Source: a virus
Lineage: Duplodnaviria > Caudoviricetes
DNA length: 58,251 nucleotides
Reading direction: 5' to 3' (one strand)
Virus record (IMG/VR): IMGVR_UViG_3300044637_000534
Coordinates: 1 to 58,251 of that record
Shown here piece after piece: positions 25,751 to 35,200 of the stretch (positions are counted from its first letter, which is position 1; every line of letters begins with the position of its first letter). Both the position numbers and the translations under genes were made by a program. The notes under the pieces were generated by a model. The model did not search any database and was not told the DNA's origin. It saw only the letters and a program-made list of their open reading frames with translations.

Positions 25751-26868
25751 TGGGTGGAAAATCTAAAGCTCCTCCCCCGCCAGATTATACGCCGATAGCT
25801 GCTGCCAGCGCCGAAAGCGCCCGCTTCTCTGCCGACGTCGCCCGCGAGCAGCTCGCCTGGGCGCGTGAGCAGTACTACTCGGACAAGGCGATCACCGATC
25901 TCGTCGTCGCGACAGCGCTCGACCAGCAGGCAACGAATGATGCTGCCGCTGCGAAGGATCGTGCGCGTTACGAGCAGAAGTACCAGCCGCTCGAAGACGA
26001 GCTGATCTCCGACGCCAAGAGCTACGCGACCAAAGAGCGTCAGGATCTCGAAGCCGGTAAAGCGACTGCCGCCGTTGGCGAGCAGTTCAATCAGGCGCGT
26101 CAGGCTGCTCTGCAGAACCTCGAGAGCTACGGCGTCGACCCGACCTCGACCCGCTACGCCGCTCTCGATCTCGGCACTCGCGTTCAGCAGGCTGCGGCTC
26201 AGGCTGCTGCTGGCAACAATGCCCGCACGCAGACGGAAGCCATGGGTCGCGCCATGCGCTCGGAGGCCATCAACGTCGGTCGTGGCTATCCCGGCCAGAT
26301 CGCTGGCACCTACGGCACCTCGCTTCAGGCGGGCAACCAGGCTGCGAACACCACGCTCGCCCAGACGGCGTCGGGTGCCAACACCATGGGTACCGGGATG
26401 CAGTGGCAGGGCATGGGCAACCAGGCTCTCGGCATCTGGGGCAACACGCTCAACATGGGCTACCAGAACCAGATGGCGCAGTACAACGCCAACCAGCAGA
26501 GCTCGTCGGGCCTCGGCTCGGCGCTCGGCATGGGTCTGGGCCTGCTCACCACGCCGCTCAAGGGCACCATGCTCGGGATGCTGGCGGACGGCGGCACGGT
26601 GCCGGGTGAGGGCGGTCAGGTTCCGCCTGAAGCCTCGCCCACTCGTGGCCAGGCTATCGACGATGTTCCGGCGCGTCTGACGCCCGGCGAGTTCGTCATC
26701 CCCAAGGACGTCGTGTCCTGGGTGGGTGAGCGGACCATGCACCAGATGATCGAGAAGGCGAAGAAGGAGCAGTCGGAGCTGCCGCAGCGTTCGGGCGCGA
26801 TCCCGGACGTCGTGCCGATGACGGCTCCTGAGCGTCCGACTTTCGCCTCTCGTGGAGGAGCTATCTGA
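25750..26868 (+). CDS. Internal virion / DNA ejection protein
   Basis: MGGKSKAPPPPDY N-terminus, A/Q/G-rich; C-terminal LADGGTV...DDVPARLTPGEFVIP domain. Confidence 0.75.
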   Translation: MGGKSKAPPPPDYTPIAAASAESARFSADVAREQLAWAREQYYSDKAITDLVVATALDQQATNDAAAAKDRARYEQKYQPLEDELISDAKSYATKERQDLEAGKATAAVGEQFNQARQAALQNLESYGVDPTSTRYAALDLGTRVQQAAAQAAAGNNARTQTEAMGRAMRSEAINVGRGYPGQIAGTYGTSLQAGNQAANTTLAQTASGANTMGTGMQWQGMGNQALGIWGNTLNMGYQNQMAQYNANQQSSSGLGSALGMGLGLLTTPLKGTMLGMLADGGTVPGEGGQVPPEASPTRGQAIDDVPARLTPGEFVIPKDVVSWVGERTMHQMIEKAKKEQSELPQRSGAIPDVVPMTAPERPTFASRGGAI

Positions 26869-29207
26869 TGTCCTTCGCTCAGGAAATGCGCGACTTCGCG
26901 GCTGGCTACAAAGCTGTTGCGGATACAGGCAGGCGCTCTGCTTACAACCGTCAGGCGGCTGACGAAGCCAAGAACGACCCCTTCGCCGGTTACGGTGGTG
27001 AAGAGGAGGGCGGCAACTTCATGGATCGCCTGAAAGGTTTCTTCGGCGGCGACAAGTCCGACGAGACCGCGATCACTGAGCCCGAAGATCCCCGCGAAGC
27101 CACTTTCGGCAGGTTCAACGCCGCCTATGAGCGCGCCTATCGGAAGGGCGACCTCGCCGCTTCGGAGAAGATCCTCGGCAACATCAAGCGCTGGGACAGC
27201 CTGCCGTCACCGTCTGGCAAAGTTAAGATGGCGGTCGGTGGCGCGGTCCCCGAGTTCGATGATGAGGGCCTTGAGGTTACTCCAGCGAGTTACCAGGCCA
27301 TCGAAGAAGAGGTCGCACCAGAGCGCCCGGCCCCTACTCAGGCCGTGGCGACTGATCCATTGCCCGACGCGCAGCCCGAAGGCGATGCGCCCGATAGGGA
27401 CGTCGTTGCCCGCGATATGTCGGATCTGGCAATGCCGGGTTATGCGGCGGCATACCGCTATGCCGCGAAGGAACTCGAGCCCGCCGCAGGCATCCAGGAC
27501 GATAACGAAATTCGCGCCCGCCGTGACGCCTACAACCGTGGCGACAACGCGGCATCGCACGACGAAGTCAAAGCGATCGATGCGATCATTGACCCGGACG
27601 GCAAGCTCCCGGCGAACGCGAAGTCGGCGGCTCGTATCGCGGCCATCTGGGAATACTATTCGAAGCGCGGTGAGGAAGATAAGGCGGCTGAACTCATCAA
27701 CCGTCTGTCGGCCTATGACCGTCGCAACTCACAGACGCGCGGTGTGCTGGCTCAAGAGGCCATGAAGAACGGCGACGTCGAGGGTGCCGTCAAGCTCATC
27801 AAGGACGCCTACGACCAGGATCTTCCCGGCGCAGATCTGATCCAGCCCGCCGTTCTCCAGAACGGCAACATCAAGGCTGACGTCATTCGTGACGGTCAGG
27901 TCGTCGAGAGTGTTGAAGCCACGCCAGACGAGTTCTCCGGCCTTATCCAGACGGTGGCATCAGGCCAGGCCCACTCCAAGCAGGCGCTCGGCCTCATCTC
28001 CCAGTGGGAAGCGAACCGGAAAGCCGCGAACCCGGCAAAGGGTAAAGGCGGCGGCTCGCGTGCTGCGACCGGTGGCGGTGACAGCGAGGCACTGAGCACC
28101 GCACTCCAGGGTGTCAAGCAGGCGGCTGACGCCGTGCGCGCCTTGCCGGATAACGCAACCGAAGAACAGCGTGCCGACGCCATGAAGGCGCTCGATGCAG
28201 CGGAGACCAAAGCCCGTGGCATCAAGCTGCCCGGCAAGAACCCCGTCTGGACCGAAGCCAATCGCGACAAGCTCATCAGCGGTGCCAAGGGTGCGATGCC
28301 CGGCCAGCGTTCAGCTCCTTCATCGGGCGGCACCGCCGAAGAGCGCAAGGCCGCAGTCGATGATGCCGAACTCGGCCTCCTCAACAACATGGTCAAAGAG
28401 AGCAGCCGCTACGGCGCCATGCTCGGTGACCCCAACAAGGTGATGAGCGAAGCTGCGCGTGAAGAGATCACCCGCCGCAAGAACATCATCGATCAGCGAA
28501 TTGCCGCTGCCGACGCTCGCAAAGCCGACATCAATTTCGGGCGCACCAAGGGTCGCAAGGAGTTCGATACGGATTACGAGACGCGCATCGAGCCGTTTCG
28601 CAAATCCCTCGATAGCTTCTTGAACGAAGGATACCTCGAAGAGGAAAGCGGCAAGCGCGATCCTCGCTACAAGATCGAGATGAAGCCTCGCGAGAAAGAG
28701 AACTTCCTCGATCTCGTCGATCGCATCGCAGCAAAGAACGACCGCAACCCGGACACCATCGTGCGGGCGCTTCTTGGCATGGCCAAGCAGGTCAATGGCC
28801 CTAAACCTTCGGTCGATCCGCGCGGGATTGTTTCTTACCAGGGCGTGCGCCTCAACATCGACGGCAACGACCTTCTCGAGCTGGCGCGTCTGCGTGGCCA
28901 GGCGGTGAAGTCTTCGCGTGAAGCCATCAGCACCGACTTCCAGAAGAAGGCGGATGCCGAGACTGCGCGACAGGGAGAGGTGCTCAAGGCGACAAGCGGC
29001 CTCGAGCCGATCCCGCCGAGCATGGCTCCTCAAGCCCGCAGTATGCTCGACCGCCTCGATGAAGAGATCGCCAACCTCGAGAAGGGCCTGGCAAATGTTC
29101 CCGAACGTCGGCGTCCCGACTGGGAGAGCATGATCGCCGACAGAAAGAAAAAGCGTGAAGTCTTGCGTGCCCGCATGTCGGCTCCGCAAGCCATTCCTGC
29201 CCAGTGA
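26868..29207 (+). CDS. Internal virion / DNA ejection protein
   Basis: 779-aa helical protein between ejection genes; MAVGGAV motif. Confidence 0.7.
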   Translation: MSFAQEMRDFAAGYKAVADTGRRSAYNRQAADEAKNDPFAGYGGEEEGGNFMDRLKGFFGGDKSDETAITEPEDPREATFGRFNAAYERAYRKGDLAASEKILGNIKRWDSLPSPSGKVKMAVGGAVPEFDDEGLEVTPASYQAIEEEVAPERPAPTQAVATDPLPDAQPEGDAPDRDVVARDMSDLAMPGYAAAYRYAAKELEPAAGIQDDNEIRARRDAYNRGDNAASHDEVKAIDAIIDPDGKLPANAKSAARIAAIWEYYSKRGEEDKAAELINRLSAYDRRNSQTRGVLAQEAMKNGDVEGAVKLIKDAYDQDLPGADLIQPAVLQNGNIKADVIRDGQVVESVEATPDEFSGLIQTVASGQAHSKQALGLISQWEANRKAANPAKGKGGGSRAATGGGDSEALSTALQGVKQAADAVRALPDNATEEQRADAMKALDAAETKARGIKLPGKNPVWTEANRDKLISGAKGAMPGQRSAPSSGGTAEERKAAVDDAELGLLNNMVKESSRYGAMLGDPNKVMSEAAREEITRRKNIIDQRIAAADARKADINFGRTKGRKEFDTDYETRIEPFRKSLDSFLNEGYLEEESGKRDPRYKIEMKPREKENFLDLVDRIAAKNDRNPDTIVRALLGMAKQVNGPKPSVDPRGIVSYQGVRLNIDGNDLLELARLRGQAVKSSREAISTDFQKKADAETARQGEVLKATSGLEPIPPSMAPQARSMLDRLDEEIANLEKGLANVPERRRPDWESMIADRKKKREVLRARMSAPQAIPAQ

Positions 29208-29215
29208 GGTAAGAG

Positions 29216-32200
29216 ATGGCGGACACCCCCGTCTTCCAGTCGATCTCCAACGAAGAACTCAAGCGTGCGTTGGAGAACGGGTTTGATATTGGCGGTACCC
29301 TGGTCGATGACCCGGTTACTCGCGAAGGTTACAGCGAGCTCACGCCCGAAGACTATGAGACGAGCTGGAGCGATTATGGTCGCACGCTTGCCGCCAATAC
29401 TATCGGTATTGGTTCAAGCCTCGCCAGGCTGTCCCAGTATGCGACTGACGGAGCCATAGGCGGCGACACGGCTCAATACCTCGAAGGGCTTTCCGAAGAC
29501 CAGGTGCGGGCCATGTCGCCCGTTGCTCGTCGTGCGCTTGGCGCTGCGTTCCTTCCTTCAGACGGGGAAGAGAGCGTCCTCGACGCGGGCATTGGCCGTT
29601 CGCTGGCGCTGAAGACGACGGCTGCGGTTCCGTCGCTTGTGGCTTCGATCATCCCCGCTGGTATTGCCACGACGCTTCTGCGTGGTGCGAGCGTCGGCGT
29701 CCGCGCCGGGGTCGGTGCTGGTGCGGCACGCGGCACGGCTGGCACGCTGGCTGCTGGTGAGGTGGTCGGTCAGATCTATAAGAAGATCGACGAGTTCTCC
29801 GACGAAGAGCTGGCCAAGCAGAGCGACGTCTTTGCAGGCTACCTGACCATGATGAGCCCCGATGAGGCTCGCGCTAAATACATGCGCGATGTGGCGGGTG
29901 TCGCTCCCATCGTTGCCGGTGCGATCTCTGCGGCGTTGGGCGGCGTCGAAGGTAAGATCGGTCGTCGTCTCGGTGGAGAAGCCGCAGAGGGCTTCCTCAA
30001 AGGCGTCGGCAAGGGGTCAATCGCCGAAGCGCTGCAGGAAGGCGCTGAGACCGGGGTTGGCGAACTTCTCTCGCAGAGCGCTCTATCCACCGCTGGCCTC
30101 GATGACATGAGCTGGACCAAGATCCTGTCTCAGACCATCGAAGGTATGACTGTCGGCGGCATCCTTGGCGGCGGTGCCGGTGGCATCTCCAATATCGGCG
30201 GTCGCACTCGCACCGCAACCGAAGGGAAGATCCCGGAAACTGACGCGGGTCCGCTCGATCCGACCACGAAGTTTGCGCTCGACCAGGAGACGCAAACGCA
30301 ACAAACGCAACAGACGCAACCGCCTGCTCCTCTCACTGGTATGGGTGGCGTTAAGTTCTCTGACGCTCCTCCACCAATGACCCCAGACGGTCAGGTCGTC
30401 GAGCCTTTGTTACAGGAGAAGGCACCCCTTCGACCTGGTATGCCGACTACGGAAGAACTCGTCGTCCGGCAGTTCAATGAGAACCTCACGAGCGGAATTA
30501 ACGAACAAGGCACAGCTCCTGCACAAAAAAAGGCTGGTTACTGGTCTGGCGAGCTCGAGAAGCTCCTTAGCAATGCCGGTGTCCAACTTAATGAGCAGGA
30601 TCGTTCCTCACTCAACCAGCGCGTGGTTGATGTCCTCAACCGCACGAAAGACACCGCACAGCGTTGGGCTGGTCTGCGTCAGATCGTCGACGAGCTGAAG
30701 GCTCAGAAGGCTTCAGCTCCCGCCGCAGCGCCGCAGCAGACGCCCGACCAGGCAGCGATGCAGGCGGGGATCGAAACGCTCGATGGGTCGAATTCGGTGC
30801 CCGAGCGTCCGGCCACGCTGCAGGTGCAGGTCAAGATGCTCACGAACGGTGAGCGCCAGGCCGTGTACATCCCGTTCACGGTGCCGGAGGCCGAGCGCCC
30901 GAAGAAGCCCAAGGGCATCGAGAAGGTCTTCGTCAAGAACGGCATCGTCTATTACAACCCGGCACGCTTGAAGCCCGCCTACATCCGTAAGGCGGACGCC
31001 GCCGATCGTCTGAACGACATCCTGCCGATGGGTGCCACGCCGCAGTTCGAAGCGGTGAAGGCCGTCAAGGAACGCGGCGCTGAGCCTCGCGTCGTGCAGG
31101 CCATCAAGGATGGCATCTCTGTCCTCGACGTCGCCTCGTCGACCGAAACAGTTGTACAGGATGCTGCACAGGTTGCGGCCCAGGCTCCCGCCGATGCCGA
31201 GATCGTCGTTCGCGATGACCCGGAAGGCGTGATCCAGGAGCGCATCGAAGGTCGCCAGCAGGATCTTGCCGAGATCGTCGTCACGCCCGAGCTGCGTGCG
31301 AAGTGGGAAGAGCTTGGCACCCGCACTCTCCCGGACGGTCGCCGTGTCCTGCCCAATCTGAGCGACGAAGGTATCATCGCTGCGGAGAGGCAGCAGCTCG
31401 CGGACCAGGAACGTCAGGCCCAGGTCGAGCGTCAGCGTCAGGAACGCGAAGAGCGTAAGGCCAAGGCGGCAGAGGCTGCGGCCAAAGCCGAGGAGAAGGC
31501 CAAGCCGGTCCTCGAGGTCAAGGACGCCAAGGAGAGCAAGAAGAGCAAGGCCAAGGTCGCCAAGAAGAAGGACGACCTCACAAAGGCCAAGGAGATCTTC
31601 GAGGCGAACAAGCCGACCGCAGCAGAAGACAAGGCCGGGCTCGCTGCCAAGCGGGCCATGGTCATCGCGCGCGTCCGCAAGATGTTGGACGAGGCGAAGA
31701 AGGCGAAGATCCAGATCCCCGGCCAGTGGCAAGCTGGCGTGCCGGAGCATCTCGGCTTCTTCCTGCTCATGAAGAAATTCGCGCAGCGTGCCGACAAGGG
31801 CAAGATCGACGACGCAGCCGTTCAGCTCTTCCTGGCCGACGAGTTCTTCGCTCGCATCGGCGAGTGGGAGAGCATCAAGAGCACGCGCCGTGTGGAAGGC
31901 GATGCCCAGTCCAAGGGCAAGGACTTTCAGGAAGCCACTGGCTACGACGCCGACACGAAAGAGCGTTCCGAGATCAACATCGACCGCATCGCCGAGACGA
32001 CCGGCGAGACGGAAGACGAGCGCGTCGGTCGCGTCTCGCTCGACAACGAAGAAGAGAACCTCAACCCGACTGAGGCGTTTGAGGGCTTTGTCGATGAGGA
32101 AGCGGTTACTGAGGAAGTAACACCCGCTGCTCCGGTCGAAGAGAAGATCGAGGACAAGCTCGCCGCACGTCGTGCCGAGGGTACGTTCACGAAGACCGAG

Positions 32201-35200
32201 GAAGCCCCGGCCAAGAAGGTCGTTGTCGAGAAGAGGCGTAAGATTGATCTCAGCAAGATCAAGCTCGGCAGGAAGCTCGCGCCTACGAAGGCCGAAGACC
32301 TTCCGCAGGCGGACCCGCCGGAAGCCCCTGTCAAGCGCATCCGCACTGAGCGTGAGGCTTTTGAAGCGGGCTACGCCAGCGCCATTGACGCGATGCGGGC
32401 GAACCCCGACCTCAAGAAGAGCGTCGAGTATGCCGAGTGGCTGAAGTCGCTGACTGACGAGCAGTGGGCGAAGATCGAAAACGTATTTTCCCCCAATGAA
32501 AACCCGTTCCTCGCGACCGGCGATTTCGCGTCAGAGATCGGACGCGCCAGGCTCGAAGCTGTGCTCAACGAGAACACTGAGCAGCCTGCACCGAAACAGC
32601 CCGAGCCGTTCCAGTCTATGGTTCAGCGGGTCGACGTAAACGGCAGTACATACTTCAACCTTGGCAATCCGAAGAACGGGGGCTTCCAATTTTGGCTGGG
32701 TGCGCGCCAGTTTGTCCTGCGGTACAAGGGTAAAGAGTATTCGATCAACACTTGGGATCGACGGCAGGGCAGCTACGTCCTTGACCAGATCGACCAAACC
32801 CCATTGCCGGTAGAGATGCATCAGCTCGCTCGCGATTGGGTCAATGAAAAGATCCCAAGCAACGATGCGTTCGAGGCACGGCTGAAGGAAGCCGAGCGCG
32901 AGATGATCGACAATTATCTCGCGAAAAATCCAGAAGCTGCGATGGCTCAGAACACCGAGCAGCCCATCCGCGAAGCGCAGATGCCGGGCCAGCAGGAGTT
33001 CTCGAGCCTCGCCGAGGTCGTGAGCGCAAACCCGGATCAGCTTGAGACGATCCGCGAGCTCGCGCTCGAGGACGATCTTCTCGTGTCGCGTGATGGCCAG
33101 GAGATTGTGCCGAGCGCGGTGGGCACCGTGAACGACTTCTTCGCCCGCACGATCTCCGACGAGAAGATCACCAACCCGCTCATGCGCCAGCTCCTGCCGT
33201 TCATGCGGCGCGAACTGAAGCGCCTGATCGGCGACATGAAAGTGCTCGTGGTGAGCCCCGAGCAAATGCGCCAGCTCACCAACAAACCAAACACGGGCGG
33301 CTTCTACACCCGCTACGGCACGTCGGACGTGATCGTCATCCGCGAGGACGCTCTCGCTCGCCCCGAGGTCATGACCTACCTCATGACGCATGAGGGTCTG
33401 CACGGCGCTACCGCTCGCGGGCTCGACAGCAACCCCGAGTTCTTCAGCACGATCAAGTCGATCGCCGACGAGGTGCGGGCTCGTATGCCGGAAGTCGCCG
33501 GGATGTACGGCTTCACGGATCAGCACGAGTTCGTCGCTGAGCTCGCGAACCCTGAGTTCGTCGATGTACTCTCGAAAGTAACCGTCTCCCCTGAGCTCGC
33601 TCGCAAGCTGGGCCTCAAGGACTGGCAGGATCGCACGCTGTGGCAGACGGTGGTCGACGCCGTTCGCAAACTCCTCAAGCTCCCCGCTGACAGGTTCACA
33701 GCGTTGGATGCTTTGATGCGCACGACGGCTCAGGCCATGGAGGCGCAGACGACGCTGCCGGAGAGCTTCCGCACTCTGCCGCGTGGCTCGTTCCCGAACT
33801 TCGCTTCGATGGATGTGGCTCGTCAGGCGGCGCAGGCGATCAAGGACACGGCTCCGGGATCGATCGGCAAGCGCCGTGCGCTGCTCGCCAGCTCGACGCT
33901 CGACCAGATCCGCCAGTGGTATCGCGGCATGTTCGTGAACCAGAAGGGCGAGGACGTCCTCGAGAAGCTCGTCTCCAACATCCAGCGCATCCGTCCGTTC
34001 GCGGACGACAAGCGCGAGCGCGGTGAGCAACTCGCCCAGCGCTTCATGGACTTCGCCAGCAAGAACCGTGCGGCGGCAAACGAGTTCGCGGACATCGCCA
34101 ACTCGGTGACGCTGCTCAACGCCAACCTCTTCGGCGAGAACAAACACTGGGGCGAGAACCGTCGCGATAGCTGGCAGGCACGCGCCATGCTGCCGGACCT
34201 GCAGCGCCGGTTCGCCGCTCTCGAGAAGGCCAACCCCGAAGCGCGCAAGCTCTACGAGGACATGGTCGCCTATTACCGCGACACGCAGAACGAGATCACG
34301 CGCCAGCTCGTCGACAACATCCTCGCCGAGCACGATGCGGACCTGTCCGATGCCGATCGTCAGAGCCTTACTACGAAAGTAATGCAGGGCTCGCTCGACG
34401 AGGCGGCAGAGAAGCTCGTCAACAACTCGACGATCTTCAACGCGCTCAAGGATGCTCGCCAGCTCCGCCTGATCGAGGGGGACTATTTCCCGCTCATGCG
34501 TCACGGCGAGTACGTGGTGCAGACGAAGGACAGCGTCGGCGACACGATGGGCGGCAAGGAAGTCGAGCCCGGCGTCGTCGAGTTCACCGGCAGCAAGAAG
34601 TCCGACGTGCTCAAGATGGCCGAAGCCTTCGCGAAGCGCACGACCAAGGGTCAGGGCTTCACACAGGAAGACGGCGTGCCGCTCGTCATGACGGGACCGA
34701 CCGCGGTCGAGATGCCGTCCGACAGCAGCCAGTTCAAGTACCGCGTCAAGGTCCAGCTTGACGGGGTGCATATGTTCGACACCCAGGCGGAGGCTGAGAG
34801 CTTCATTCGCGATCAGAAGGGCAAGTTTGCCCAGATCAGCGAGGCTCCCCTCCTCAAGCGCGATGACGGCAATTTCGGCGAGGGGTTCTCGAACTCCTCC
34901 CTTGCCGCCATCGCCAAATCCATCAGTGCGCGAGACGGCATCCCCCAGGGTCAGAAGGAGATGATGCTCACGGCGCTGAAACAGGCGGCGGTGCGCCACA
35001 TGGCTGGCAACCGCGTGCAGAAGCGTTCACTGCCTCGTCGCGGCTTCGTCGGCGCGTCTTCCGACCTCGCGCGCAACACGCTCGTCTATGCGGAAGCGTC
35101 GACCCGTTACTGGGGCAAGCTGCGCTACATGCCGCTGGTGCGTGAAGCGTTCACAGAGATGCAGAAGATCGTGGACGCCGCCAAATACTCGAAGAACGAG

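Noticed and set aside
32531-34999. 822-aa antisense ORF (also 12157..13542, 41902..43257, 51055..52479 and similar)
   Set aside because: Shadow frames of GC3-biased genes on the opposite strand; no RBS or recognisable motifs
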